A stretch of DNA of 63,963 bases, counting the filler, from Octopus bimaculoides (taxonomy: Eukaryota): assembly GCF_001194135.2 (NCBI RefSeq). It is 6 parts of 5 records of this genome, joined end to end, with 100 filler letters (N's around TTAATTAATTAA, not from the genome) between each part and the next. Parts side by side here need not be neighbours in the genome. Positions count along the whole stretch, not along the records: positions 1 to 17,776 come from NC_068989.1; positions 17,877 to 32,891 come from NC_068996.1; 4 more parts are not named here. One strand, written 5' to 3'. The translations under genes were made by a program, and so were the position numbers. This document shows, in pieces, positions 11,187-25,179 of the stretch. Position 1 is the stretch's first letter; each line of letters opens with the position of its first letter. The notes under the pieces were generated by a model, which was not told where the DNA came from, searched no databases, and was given only the letters and a program-made list of their open reading frames with translations.

Positions 11187-13751
11187 ATATAGATATGTAG
11201 ATGTATAGATATATATGATGTTTTGAAAACATTTTTATTTCAAATATATTTACCTCGTCTGTCCAAGTCTTTTGTATTTGTCAACAAAGAGCATCAGAAA
11301 CATTCACATCACATGAATCACAAATAACAACATTTTTACCAAATAATAAAGCCTGCATGTAGAAATCGATATTACAATTTGTAAAATATATCTAATAATT
11401 CATTCATCACATTCTATAACAATGTGCCCTTCTGTCTGCAAGCTTCAGAACTACTGCTGCTGCTGTTTTTGTTGTTTTTGTTTTTGTTGGTTTTTGTTGT
11501 TTTTGATGACTTTTTTTATGTCATTGGAATAGCAACGGACAAGTGCAGGCATGTCAAACAAACAAAAACAGTTTCTGCAATCGATCTGATGATCAGAACG
11601 TATGTATAATTTCAATGCATGCACACACATACACAAACACACACACACGAATACACATAAATATATAAACATACAAATATGTATATGTATGTGTGTGTGT
11701 GTGTAGATATATGTAAATATGTGTGCGTATGTATGTGTTTATGTATATCAAGTAAATTGCTTTTACTAGATCTGCAGGTTCAATGTTTAGATTGACATTC
11801 CACTCCTATACTGATGTGACATTGGAATCATATTATTTCATGTGGAGGTAGGTTAGACTGTCAGGAATATGACTCCCATAATATTCGAATTATGACAGAA
11901 TCCAATTATTGGTATTTTGAATACATTTAATGATGCCCATCTTTCATGTGGTTACTTAATGAGTGGTTCCACAGTTATCCACTTTCTTCGGTTATTTTCT
12001 AACTTGGGATAATCAAGGCAAGTGGAGAACTGCGTAACAACATGTGCAACCACCTGAAACATGTATGTGTTATTCAATGGGTTTTTTTTTATGTAGAAAT
12101 AATTGGTTTTTGTTATTATTCAAACACACACACACACACACACACACACATTCATCTTGCAAGCATAGAATGACAGACAAAAGTGGTGTTGAGGGTAGTA
12201 CAAAAGGCCCAAACATAAACACTCAGGCATACTCATACAAACACATGTACCCATACACTGAGAGAGAGCTACACATTCACAAAACCTGTGTATAATATAT
12301 ATATATATATATATANNNNNNNNNNTGTGTGTGTGTGTGTATGTGTGTATACTTATTGAAGGACCCATGCTCTTTTATGGAACTCTGGGAATGTGGAAGG
12401 TATCCCCTTCTAAAGACCCAAGGTGACTCTTTCCAAAGCTACTCTCACGGTATTTAGTTTGAGTTGAGTTGGTTGTCAAACTGTTTCTGTGACTCTGAAG
12501 ATAGCCTGCAGGAGTCAGCAGTGTCAGTTGAAATTACTCTCGTCCTCATGTCACATGATTCTCTTCCAAGACACATTATTGCTCTGTTGAGCTTTCTGTT
12601 AGTCATAAATCCTTTTACTCTTAACTTCTTTCCTCAAATTCCTGCTTTCTGGAACTCACAACCATCGTCTTTGTTTCCTCTGCTCTGTGTTATTCAGTCC
12701 TTTCAAACATTCTGTCAATTGACAGTTTTTCAATCTATAGCCCCTTTCACTTCCTCGTTGGAGTCCCTTATGCTACAGTGGCCTGAAGCTTTGTTGAAGA
12801 CAAAATCATAACATGGCATGTTTTACAGACAAGGAAAATGGTAAAGTTAAGCTATTATGATCAAAGAATAACTATTCTAAGAACAGAGTATGCAAGACTT
12901 AATGATAAGGAGCCCCAGGATAAGTAGAAGTGAAGGTCAGTTGAAGAGAATAGGTGGAGAAAATATCAGATTAGTTAGTCGATAAATTAAAGAACTTATT
13001 AGTAATGGCAAACAAGACAATGTGTTTACAATTAGAGATCAACAGGGGTACCAGTTGATAAGATAGAAAGAAATTGATTGATGGAAAGTTGCAATATTGG
13101 CAAAACTAGTTTCAGAAAATGAAGAAAATGTCTTTCTCTGTGACCAATTCAGTGAGTTTTGGACATTGAAATGTGTGTGGATGGAAGGAGGTAGGTAGGA
13201 GATGAATAACACTTGAGGGGGTTAGGAAATTACAAAGTATCAAGTAAAAATGGGATTACACCTTCGATTGTGAAAACTGAAGGAATTTTAATGCTAATTG
13301 TATTCATGGGACCATTGTATGTGGAGAACAAGTAAAATTCTCACAAGATGGGAGAAACGTGCTATTTTAATTAGAAAATACCCAAGATGGGAGAAATGTC
13401 CAATTTCTGTGATCTTTATTACTTGTTTGAACTGATAAAACTCCTGAATCTATCAGGAAGATAGAAAGATCTTCACAACCTCACCTTCTGAATGGAGTGG
13501 TTGGTGCCACTTTCTTTTGGGATTGCTATCAGCATTATTAGCAGGACCTTAGATAAAACCTGTTCGAGATCCAAATACACAATAAGGCTGATGTTCACAG
13601 CTATGTTTCTAGAAAAAAAATTAAGGTTCAATTGCACTGTGCAGCATTTTGGAGGACAATTTTCTGCAATAGCCTCACATTGGTCAAAGCTTTAGGAGAG
13701 TAATTTAAGAGAAAACTGCCTGAAAGTTCATTGGAGGGATTAGTTTTGTTT

Positions 13752-13808
<57 letters not shown>

Positions 13809-14229
13809 TGAGAGTAACAGTATAACATGTCTGGTCTTTGAGTGCCTTTTGTAGGATCGATTGTGTTGCAAGCATTCTGACCAAGTCATTGGTATGTGGA
13901 TAACTTTCACCCTCCTCTCACTAGTCTGAAAGACCCTAAAAAAGGGTCATGGATGCTTCTCTTCCTTCTCTAACTGAATGTGATGGAGGATTAACCCATT
14001 TGTCACTACATTTCTGTTGGAATCCAAGGCCTTTGTTTCAGTTAATTTCAAAACTAATGAAGGATTAATGAAATAATTTTGTGAAGATTAAGCTGAAACA
14101 AACTAATATGAAATTTTGAAGGTTTTAATTTAGTTCCCTTTAAAACAAGAAGTCTTAATTATAGAGCCAGAAGACCTTTGTCAGCTACTCTCCAGCTATC
14201 TATTTAAAACTATATATGACAGTGGTATG

Positions 14230-14650
14230 TCCAGATTTGGAACTTGCATCACCAGTTTGGAACCCTTGTCTTGCTCAGCCTATCAGTCTCCTGGAAACAG
14301 TTCAGAAACGTGCAACGAAATGAATCCCTGCTGTCAGGCATCTTACCATACTCCAAATGTCTTGCTTCCCTGGGCATGGACACATTAAAGCTCCAACGTC
14401 TGGCAACTGACTTGGTAGACACCCACAAGATTATCCACCATCTTTCCAACAACAACCTTGGGCACCTTTTTGAATTCCATATGACAAACACTTGTGGACA
14501 TGCTTATAAAATCAAAAAACAAACACAGCACCTATCACTTTCGGAAACATTTTTTCACGCTCAGAATTGTGTTGAAGCATGGAATAAACTACCTGCAACA
14601 GTTGAGACACTACGTCCTTCAAAACTTCCATGCTTCCTGAAATCTGCCAA
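14230..14650 (+). mobile_element. CR1/L2-type LINE 3' end
   Basis: LASLGMDTLKLQRLATDLVDTHKII...TCGHAYKIK...FFxxR...EAWNKLP is the canonical CR1 C-terminal signature, here frameshifted. Confidence 0.8.
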
Positions 14651-15529
14651 CAGCACACCTGATGGTATCTTTTTTTCTTATTTGTAGTGCACCTGAGCAC
14701 TGTATGCAACAATTTCTTTCATATGATCTCAAAAGGGTTAAACAAGATAACATATGTAGTTTGTGCCAGCCTAATTCTTCAATCACTTGACATTTATTCT
14801 GTGCAGCTCTTAAGAATAACAAGTTAATGTTGTTCAACTGTAAACCATGTACTGAATAAATTACAGAATACTTCCAGAATTTTTAGGAAGCTAATAGTAT
14901 TCTCTGTGAGTAGTATTTTAAAAGCTGGCAGTGTTTTATATTCCATAAAAGACTCATTATTTATTTTTTATTCATTTTTTTCTCTCAGGCTGAAAAATAC
15001 ATACCACTCCTGTTTACTGTCAGTAAGAATATAGTCTTTATAAAATGCCTCTTCCAACATTCTGTACATTTGCCTACATTTACAGAGCAACTTATTCCAC
15101 ATTACTGATGGTAAAATGGTAAAATGGACATTAAAAAATACTATTAAAAAAGTCATGTAGAAAAAAATATGATATTATCATTTCATAAAACTTGAAGAAC
15201 AAGACAGTTTTATAGTTTATTTAGTTGGTTTCCATGTTTTTTCTTTATTATTTTTTTTATAGTTTGTTTAGTTGGTTTCTATTTTTACTTGATTATTCTT
15301 TTTTTTTTCTATCTTGACATGGGTTGGATAGTTCTAGAAATATCGAAATTTCTCTTAAAATTTTATCTTTTGAATAATTGCATTACTTCTGTAATTTATA
15401 TTTCCTCTTTTGCTACATGAAAATGTGAAGGTGGCTGAGAGGTTAGCAATTTCTCTGATATTTCTGGCACTGCATTGCACCCATGGTGAAATTACTGTGT
15501 ACATTTAGTTCTGAATACTTGTTTCAAAT

Positions 15530-15542
15530 TTTGGCACAAGAA

Positions 15543-15611
<69 letters not shown>

Positions 15612-15780
15612 TAGTAACTTACATCAACCCTTGTACATGACTGATACTTTATTTTATTAACGCCAAAAGGATGAAAGGCAAAACTGACTTCATCTGGATT
15701 TGAACTCAGAACAAAGCAGAAAGAAATGTTGTTAAGCAGTAATTCCAGTGTGTTAAAGATCCTGCAAGCTCTGACCACGT
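15530..15780 (-). mobile_element. tRNA-derived SINE, family B, with inserted (GA)n
   Basis: GGATGAAAGGCAAA...GATTTGAACTCAGAAC motif shared with copies at 32600-32745, 43400-43600, 45240-45430 and 53760-54080. Confidence 0.7.
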
Positions 15781-16614
15781 TTTTAGTACACCTCATGTTG
15801 AATATGTATCATTAAGTCCTCTCTTTCAATTGCTTTGGAACTTCAAACCCCTGATGGGTACCTCTGTCTCTGACAGAGTACCTCAGCCTCTGATGGAGTA
15901 CCTCTGTTCCTAGTACCCAGTCCCTGATTGAGTCATACAGTGTCATGGCATTATTAAACCTGGCAATGACAAACCCTCTACAGATTTCTTTCAGAAATTG
16001 AGACATAGAGAGAAGAACTGCTTCCAGGATTTTATTTATCAAATCCAAGATGAAAGGCAAGATTTGGACTTAAACAAAATGACCTGGAACAATCATTACA
16101 GGACAATTTGTCCAATGTTGAAAGAATTGAATCAATTCACTTTCTGGTGCCACCAAGTAGGAGAATCTCATTGAACCAAGCAGCAGCTCAGCTTGAAGAC
16201 TCGAACACAGGTTTCCTGGTTTGCCGTGCTGCGTTTAGTTACTCATATGAAAACAATCAGCTCCAATAGACCAACTTTTTGTTCAAGGTGACATTTCTAT
16301 CATTAAATTTTATCACAGAAACTGAAGATAAACACAAGCCATAAGGACTGAAGAGAACAATTAAGAGGGATAGACTAATGAATTGCTAAACGAACCCTGA
16401 TTATTCAATAACAGCCACAACCTCACTAATGTAACAAACGTTTCTCTCCTCTGACCATCTTCATTGAAGTGCTGCTGCTGCTATTACTTAGGTGTTGGTC
16501 ACAACAACGGTGATGGCAATAGTATTGTTATGGTAGTGATGATGATGGTGATTGTGATCCTCATCATCATCATTATCACCATCATTGGAATATAACCAAA
16601 GAAGCCAATCTGAT

Positions 16615-16742
16615 TTGTAGAAACTCTGCCAGATCAGATTGGAGCCTGGTGTAGCCATCTGGTTCACCAGTCCTCAGTCAAATCGTCCAACCCATGCTAG
16701 CATGGAAAGCAGACGTTAAACGATGATGATGATGATGATGAA
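16615..16742 (+). mobile_element. RTE 3'-terminal fragment with (GAT)n tail
   Basis: CCAACCCATGCTAGCATGGAAAGCAGACGTTAAACGATGATGATG. Confidence 0.75.
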
Positions 16743-17538
16743 GTCTTCTATTAATGTTCCTTCAGAGTAAACCTTTTTGTTTTGTTTTGTGATGGTCATT
16801 TTTATTTTCCACTGTCCTTCTGATGTTGCCAGTGGTGGACAAGTGTGGGAAATACTGTTGCATAACTAGGTTATGCTAAGAAGGTCATCCATTGCAACAA
16901 GGAGAGGTCAGTTAAGACAAGCACTTGCAATTACATATTTAATGCCAATCATTAGTCGCATATGAGACTAATGCTGCTAATTAAGATTAATGGAACTGAA
17001 TAAAGTAGAATAAGGAGAATTCGAAGATGATTTGAACAAAGACACCAAACAATGTTCAAACAATTATTTACAGAACAATTAGTCTTCTGCTAATTGAACT
17101 TTGAAGTTGAGTAAAATTTGTTATTTCAAAAATGATGATCGTGATAACGATAGCAGTTTTTGATTATCATAAGTTGGCAAAATCAACATTAAAAAGTTCA
17201 AAATGTTTTTTTAAAATTTACATTTATCTTTTATGATGCATTGATAAAATAAACTGAAAAATGCTGCTGTTGTAGTCACACCGGATGTAGTTTTTAAATC
17301 CAATGTTGAAACTTATCTTGTGAATCAAAATGTTTATTTACTAATGTACTGTGTATTCTTGACTAGCAAAGATTTCAATTTATTTTCTTAAAAACGATAA
17401 AAAAAAAGTTTTCATTAATAAAGTAAAAGGAAATGTTTCTAACTTTAACCAAGATAGACAAATATATCTATCTATCAGTCTATCTATCTATCCATCTATC
17501 TATCTATCTATCTACCTACCTGCCTGCCTATCTATCTA

Positions 17539-17570
<32 letters not shown>

Positions 17571-17615
17571 TCTATCTACCTGTCTGCCTATCTATCTATC
17601 TATCTGTCTGTCTGC

Positions 17616-17660
<45 letters not shown>

Positions 17661-17776
17661 CCTCCCCGCAGTCATATATAATCATCATCATCATTTAATG
17701 TCTGCTTTGCATTCTGATATATACACACATCTATATACATACATATATGGAAGTGTATATATATATATATATATAT

Positions 17777-17876
17777 NNNNNNNNNNNNNNNNNNNNNNNN
17801 NNNNNNNNNNNNNNNNNNNNTTAATTAATTAANNNNNNNNNNNNNNNNNNNNNNNNNNNNNNNNNNNNNNNNNNNN
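17777..17876. other. Assembly join marker 44N-TTAATTAATTAA-44N; also at 32936, 53073, 58971 and 62864
   Basis: An identical 12-mer with stops in all six frames sits in the middle of 100-bp N blocks five times. Confidence 0.95.
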
Positions 17877-18780
17877 GGGGTAGGGGTTGGGGGAATAGTG
17901 CGTATGAGTGAAGAGAGGAAGTGTGGGAGCATGGGCGGGAACAGGAGAACGGGCCGGTTGGGAGGTGGGGTTTGTGCGAGGTGTAGAGGTCGGACTGGAG
18001 TCGCCGGAAAGCTCGGGGAATGCCACGTTGGAGAGTCAAGGTGGAGGGGTGGTAGGTTAGGGAAAACACGAGACGGGCAACGGCGGGGCGGTTCGGAGAG
18101 AGGGAGAAGAGGCACGATCTACGGAACGTGCCCTGGCAAGGGCTGTGTGATTAGTGGTGCGGGGATATCCACGAAGGATGAAGTGGCAAGCCATGAGTTG
18201 AGATTGAGTCATGGTTGTCACTGCAGAGCCTGCTCAGACGGAGAAATTGGGAATAGGGGATGGAGAGCTTGGTGTGGGTAGGGTGAGAGGAGTAGAAATT
18301 AAGGTAGGAGTGTGAGTCGGTGTGTTGGTAGCGGATGGAGGTAGTGAGTGTGGAGTGGCGTATGTTGACAGAAATGTCGAGAAATGTGACGGAGAATTCG
18401 AGGGTTGGATGGAAGGATTGGACAAAAGAGAGGAAGGAGTCAGTTGTTCGTGGGAGAGTGAGGTCGAACCGATATAGTCTTCAATATAACGATCGTATTG
18501 TTCGGGAGTGGGACCAGTGAATCGTGAAAATATTTAGGCCTCAACGTAGCCAACGAACAGGTTCGCATAGTTGGGGCCCATGCACGTTTCCATGTCCATA
18601 CCCGAGACATGTTGGTAAAAATCCCCCGCAAACGAGAAGCAGTTGAGGAAGAGAACAAGTTCAGCCAAACGAAGAAGTGTGGAGGTATCAGGTTGGGGGT
18701 TGGGTCGAAGGTCCAGAAAGTGTTTACGTGCAAGAAGTCTTTCGTTGTGTGGAATCACCGTATATAGACTGGTTCGGGAG
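17877..18780 (-). mobile_element. Penelope-like element RT remnant
   Basis: Motifs SLYTVIPH, LLRLAELVLFLNCFSF, METCMGPNYANLFVGYVE, RYIED, HPTHTKLSIPYSQFLRLSRLCSD and LTYHP, typical of PLE RT. Frameshifted and truncated by a scaffold join. Confidence 0.85.
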
Positions 18781-19353
18781 TCCTAGAATTATGAAAAGTA
18801 TGGAATTACCACTTAGTCACAATTGTTCCATGGTCTGCTCTGACCCGGAATAGTAACACTTGTCAGTGATCCAGTTATGCGTTAACTAACATATGTATTG
18901 GCGTTCCATCTAAGAGTAGGGATACAGAAATACGTTTAGTTGCTGCCACGAAGTGCAATAAAACTCCCCTAGTTGTTATCCCAGGGTTCCTGTAGTTGTT
19001 ATCACAGCATCTTTCTAGAAGAAGGACACTCTGATAGAAAACCTGTTGTTTTACGTGATTATTGGTCTTGTCACTTTGGCCTGTTACTATAATCTATTGG
19101 TGTACAGACGTCTCTTTATGGTGACTTCATTTGACATTCTCTGTACTGAAAGTCTTGTGGCGATAAAAGAGTGGTGACGTGCGCAGACCTAACCAGTTGG
19201 AAGATTACAGTAAAATAGACCATTTGTCTGTCAACTGTGCTTCAAACTATGGAGATCTGCAACGGGACTGGATAGTCATCTAAGAGGTCATATATAGCAA
19301 GTCAGAAATGCCATTGACAACGATAAAGCACAAGATGATGGAGTAATCACTGC

Positions 19354-19387
<34 letters not shown>

Positions 19388-19651
19388 ATAACACCAACTT
19401 GAACTTCTAATTTGTTATCTCTTGAGGTCTCTGGTTGAGACTTGGAGTCAACTTGTACAAATACAAAACAAAAGTATATATATATGTATATGTGTGTGAG
19501 TGCGTGTGTGTATGTAATTATTGAATTTGTCTTTCATACTTTCGGGGTCAATTAATTAAGTACCAGTCACGTACTGGAGTCTATATGATCGATTTACTCC
19601 CTCCCCACAAATTTCAGGCCCTGTCCCTATAGTAGATATTATTATTATTAC

Positions 19652-19699
<48 letters not shown>

Positions 19700-19702
<3 letters not shown>

Positions 19703-20262
19703 TTATTGTCTTTGCACAGCTTCTAACGCTGGGGATGTACTACGGTACCAGCTGTTCGCTACCAGTGAACTAAGGTAAGACCCTTTATTTTTCGAGCACC
19801 ACCCGGAGTATTCGTGCGGTTCTAAGCAGTGCTGTTTTCTGTAAGTGGTCCACCCTTATTGCAGCTCCTATTTGTTCCATGTACTTCTCAAGATTTTTAC
19901 TCACTGTTCCCAGGGCTCCGACAGTTATTGGTACTTCTGCTACCTTTTTCATCGACCACAACTGCTTAACCTTCCAACCCAACCTGTCATATCTATCGAC
20001 TTTTCTTTCTTCCTTATCGCATACCTTGTTGTCAGTTGGGCATGCTATATCTATGATCCAGCATCGTTTGCTTTCTTTCTCAATTTACACTGCGTCTGGT
20101 TTCCTATTCTCAATCTCATGGTCGCACTGAATCATAAAATCCCATAGGATCTTTGCATTATCATTTTGGATGATGTCTTCGGGTTTATGTTCGTACCATA
20201 TTTTTGCTCTGTCAAGTCCATACTTGTTGCAAAGTGTCCAATGGACAATCCTTGCTATATTG
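19700..20262 (-). mobile_element. R4/Dong-like LINE 3' end (REL endonuclease C-terminus) with (AAT)n tail at 19640-19700
   Basis: VPITVGALGTVSKNLEKYMEQIG...LQKTALLRTARILRVVLEK. Highly similar to 25180-25570. Confidence 0.85.
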
Positions 20263-21320
20263 TCTAGACCGGAAAGAGAAGGGGGAGCTTAAAAGCGAAC
20301 AAAAATACAGGGCACTGATATTGAAAGTAGTAATGGAGGAATTGAAACAGCGCCTCGTTGCAAAGAAAGCAAAGAAGGTAAGACACGACCAAATAATGAA
20401 GGGATACTAGTAGAATAGTTTATTCAGAGTAGATCAGAAGAAATTCTACAAAAATAATAAACGGATAGTGTACAGATGAAAAGTTGTTACCAGATAACAT
20501 TGAAAGTCAAAGGTTTTGGAGTGATATCTTGAGCAAAGACAAGGAGCACAAGAAGGATGCTGAATGGTTGCAAGAACTGAAACAAACAGACAGAACTAGT
20601 CATTTCAGTTAGGGAAGTGAAGGAAATCAGCAAAAAATGGGCAACTGGAAGGCCCCGGGACAAGATGGAGTTCAAGGCTACTGGATCTAAAGATTTGATG
20701 AATGTCATGCACGAATAGTTGCACAACTCAACACCTTGTTAAATGCCGACCAAGTTACACCAGAGGGTTGACTAATGTGCAGGACAGTGCTATGCTTGAA
20801 AAACATCGAAAAAGGCAATACGGTTAACAATTACAGGCCGATATCCTGCTTGCCACTTATGTGGGAATTATTGATTGGAATAGTCACAGAGTCAATGTAC
20901 GCACATCTGGTAAAAAATGGAGTCCTGCCACATGAGCAGAAGGGTTGCAAGCGTAAGTGCAGAGGTATCAAGAATCATCTCCTGGTAGACAAAACTGTAC
21001 TTAGAGACTGCAAGAGGAGGAAAACTAACAGCCATGTCATGGATCGGTTATCGTAATGCGTACGATATGATGTATGAACCTATTTGGTATTGCATTCAAT
21101 GTTGAGCGATTGCTTGGAAAAGTATGGTGAAGTGGGGGACAGAACTGGCAGCATATGGAAAAAGTTTAGGGACAACAGAAATCAAGAGAGGCATCTTCCA
21201 AGGAGACTGCCTGTCTCCACTGATCTTTGTACTGTGCATGATACCACTAACACTGATTCTGAGGAAAGAAAAGGCTGAGTATTTATTCAAAAGCCGCCAA
21301 CAAAAAGTCAACCACTATAA
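20263..21320 (+). mobile_element. R4/Dong-like LINE N-terminal/RT portion, inverted relative to the adjacent 3' end
   Basis: EELKQRLVAK..., [19 protein letters not shown] and EIKRGIFQGDCLSPLIFVLCM...QQKVNH. Reverse-complement similar to 26490-27298. Confidence 0.85.
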
Positions 21321-22150
21321 TGGATTGACACTTGTAACTCTACTGTTACTTATTTGTATTTTATTCACCTATCTCCGAATCTGCCATTCGTAAATTATGT
21401 CTGCATAGCTCAAGAGTGAATTTCTTTACTCAGCTGGGTCTAATTGTCTACATATACTGCATGAATATCATTCGTTCAGAACTTCTGTACCAAGTTTGAT
21501 ATTTACATAATATTGTTGCGTATGTATATTATTCTGACCTAACGAATTTAAGTACCTAATTCAACTGAACCTTACTTTTATATATATATATANNNNNNNN
21601 NNNNNNNNNNNNNNNNNNNNNNNNNNNNNNNNNNNNNNNNNNNNNNNNNNNNNNNNNNNNNNNNNNNNNNNNNNNNNNNNNNNNNNNNNNNNNNNNNNNN
21701 NNNNNNNNNNNNNNNNNNNNNNNNNNNNNNNNNNNNNNNNNNNNNNNNNNNNNNNNNNNNNNNNNNNNNNNNNNNNNNNNNNNNNNNNNNNNNNNNNNNN
21801 NNNNNNNNNNNNNNNNNNNNNNNNNNNNNNNNNNNNNNNNNNNNNNNNNNNNNNNNNNNNNNNNNNNNNNNNNNNNNNNNNNNNNNNNNNNNNNNNNNNN
21901 NNNNNNNNNNNNNNNNNNNNNNNNNNNNNNNNNNNNNNNNNNNNNNNNNNNNNNNNNNNNNNNNNNNNNNNNNNNNNNNNNNNNNNNNNNNNNNNNNNNN
22001 NNNNNNNNNNNNNNNNNNNNNNNNNNNNNNNNNNNNNNNNNNNNNNNNNNNNNNNNNNNNNNNNNNNNNNNNNNNNNNNNNNNNNNNNNNNNNNNNNNNN
22101 NNNNNNNNNNNNNNNNNNNNNNNNNNNNNNNNNNNNNNNNNNNNNNNNNN

Positions 22151-22193
<43 letters not shown>

Positions 22194-22784
22194 TATATTT
22201 ATATATACGTATATGTATGTATAATGTGGATGCCTATTATATACACAAATACACACACGTACGTACGCACACAGACACACACACACACAGACACACACAC
22301 AAACATACACACACACACATGACAAAATAGAACATGGAGGTCTGGTACATCCTCAAAATTAATTTCCTTTTGCTATACAATGTCAACCAACCAAGCTGGT
22401 TGAAAGATCCTGAACAAAGCTACACAGAAAATTAGACCTGGTTGCATATGCAACTGCCCATACTCTGTGCGGTGGAAATACGTGTAGGTCGTCATAACCA
22501 TAAGAATATGCTGTATGACATTGTAACATAAATGGAAATATATTTTGAGGATGTACTTGTCTCCTTATTTTCTATCGTTATAATTATTGCTGATATAAAC
22601 TCAGATAATACTACCATCCAATGAAGCGAACCCGGAATTACCCATCGGGGGAATTTATAGCGTGAGTGACAACTCCTAGTAGTCATAGATGTTAAATATT
22701 AATTGATTCGGTTAGCCGTAACTTGGAACATTATTGAGAGTTACCACGGCCCGGAAAATATATATTTCTAAACTCACATTAATA

Positions 22785-22840
<56 letters not shown>

Positions 22841-23045
22841 GTAGGTAGGTAGGTAGGTAGGTAGGTATGTAGGTAGGTAGGTAGTGAATATGGAGGATTG
22901 TACTTAATGCAATCTAACACTTGAAAGACAAATAACTGAAATTTTGCGAAATTCCTTCGTAACGTCATACATCACTAGCTTAATGAAAATGAGGGTCAGG
23001 TATGTTATTTTTGTTGTTGTTGTTGTTGTCGTCGTCGTCGTCGTC

Positions 23046-23115
<70 letters not shown>

Positions 23116-23116
23116 C

Positions 23117-23290
23117 AGCAGGAGTGGCGGCATTTCGTCCGTCTTTACGTTCTGAGTTCAAATTCTGCTGTGATCAATTTTAGCTTTCATCCTCTCGAGG
23201 TCGATAAGATAAGTACTAGCTGGGTACTGGAATCGATATAATCGACAAGCCTCCACCTCACAAAATTTTCAGGCTACATGCCTATTCTTC
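23117..23290 (+). mobile_element. SINE family B
   Basis: GCGGCATTTCGTCCGTCTTTACGTTCTGAGTTCAAATTC...GTCGATAAGATAAGTAC...CAAAATTTTCAGGC. Confidence 0.75.
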
Positions 23291-23293
23291 TTC

Positions 23294-23331
<38 letters not shown>

Positions 23332-23372
23332 TAGCCCTTGTGGCCAATAAAACGAATTAATTATTATTATTA

Positions 23373-23425
<53 letters not shown>

Positions 23426-23529
23426 GTTCAGTAGTTTTATTTTTATAACGTGCTTTCACTTCACTACCGAGCGCAGCTCTGTGCGCCTTGGGTATGTGCT
23501 GTGGTTTGCTGTAGTGCTCTTATGGTTAC
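23426..23529 (-). mobile_element. Probable 3' terminus of a non-LTR element with (AAT)n tail
   Basis: Unique sequence running into (AAT)n at 23370-23425 on the minus strand, cut by a gap. The R4-like assignment rests on context. Confidence 0.45.
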
Positions 23530-24232
23530 NNNNNNNNNNNNNNNNNNNNNNNNNNNNNNNNNNNNNNNNNNNNNNNNNNNNNNNNNNNNNNNNNNNNNNN
23601 NNNNNNNNNNNNNNNNNNNNNNNNNNNNNNNNNNNNNNNNNNNNNNNNNNNNNNNNNNNNNNNNNNNNNNNNNNNNNNNNNNNNNNNNNNNNNNNNNNNN
23701 NNNNNNNNNNNNNNNNNNNNNNNNNNNNNNNNNNNNNNNNNNNNNNNNNNNNNNNNNNNNNNNNNNNNNNNNNNNNNNNNNNNNNNNNNNNNNNNNNNNN
23801 NNNNNNNNNNNNNNNNNNNNNNNNNNNNNNNNNNNNNNNNNNNNNNNNNNNNNNNNNNNNNNNNNNNNNNNNNNNNNNNNNNNNNNNNNNNNNNNNNNNN
23901 NNNNNNNNNNNNNNNNNNNNNNNNNNNNNNNNNNNNNNNNNNNNNNNNNNNNNNNNNNNNNNNNNNNNNNNNNNNNNNNNNNNNNNNNNNNNNNNNNNNN
24001 NNNNNNNNNNNNNNNNNNNNNNNNNNNNNNNNNNNNNNNNNNNNNNNNNNNNNNNNNNNNNNNNNNNNNNNNNNNNNNNNNNNNNNNNNNNNNNNNNNNN
24101 NNNNNNNNNNNNNNNNNNNNNNNNNNNNNNNNNNNNNNNNNNNNNNNNNNNNNNNNNNNNNNNNNNNNNNNNNNNNNNNNNNNNNNNNNNNNNNNNNATT
24201 GTTATTGTTATTATTATTATTATTATTATTAT

Positions 24233-24300
<68 letters not shown>

Positions 24301-24309
24301 TTATTATTG

Positions 24310-25140
24310 AGTGAGAGGGCAGTGCATGCCATCAAAGTGACACTGGGGTGAAATATATGAAGCCCAATATACCCATCATGACTACCCATCTGATGAAGAT
24401 ACACCAGGCACATGCATCACAACCATATGTGCGCGACATGGTGATCACATATCAAAATAAACAGCACATGACCTTGCAGTGTGGCCCAGTTAAACTTTTC
24501 TTCAGGGCGCCATAATTTCTCTACCTGTGTGTATTGGCATATCCCAGAGTATGGTTACTTTCTCATTTTCTGTGACCTTTACTTGCGTGTGCCCATACCA
24601 TCTTTTTTCTGTTGATATTCCATAGTGTTAGCATAGCTTCCAATATATATAAGGTTCCAACTCTGTCGTGTCTGTGAATATATTCCTGTGAATATATTCG
24701 AAGGTTGGATAACCAGAGACAGTATGATTTATTGTTTCTTGTCCATCACCACATATTCTGCAGTTACTTGTTATATTTCTCGTCATTATGTGTTTGTAGT
24801 GATTCCTAGAGGGAAGGCTTTGATCTTGTGCTGCAAATAAAAATCCTTCGGTCTCTGCTTTGAGTCCTGGGCTTTTCAGCCATTGTTGGGATTTTACTTT
24901 GTCTATTTCTTTTCTGTTTAGTTTAACCCAGTATTTGCTATGAAGTGGGGGGGGGGGGCTTTTCTTGCCATCTTTTATTATAACCCATTGCTGTTTTAGT
25001 TTTAGTTTGGATTTCAGTTGTTTTTCAGATTTTATTGTTTCTTCTTTTTCGTCATAGTTGTTAGGTACTATGATTTTTTTTTTGTATTTGTCAGCTTCCT
25101 TAAAGATTGAAAACAGTTTTTTGTTTTGTTCGTGTTTTGT
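24310..25140 (-). mobile_element. R4/Dong-like fragments: 3' UTR-type end (24310-24520) plus zinc-knuckle region of a second family
   Basis: KSQQWLKSPGLKAETEGFLFAAQDQSLPSRNH...CRICGDGQETINHTVSG (CCHC region). The end CACTTTGATGGCATGCACTGC..TCTCACTC(AAT)n is shared with 27327 and 39972. Confidence 0.75.
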
Positions 25141-25179
25141 GGTTATTTGTATTATTATTACTATTATTATTATCATTGT

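Noticed and set aside
12720-12820. MPCYDFVFNKASGHCSIRD on minus, superficially like a PAN second half
   Set aside because: There is a stop immediately upstream, no splice acceptor, and no first Cys pair.
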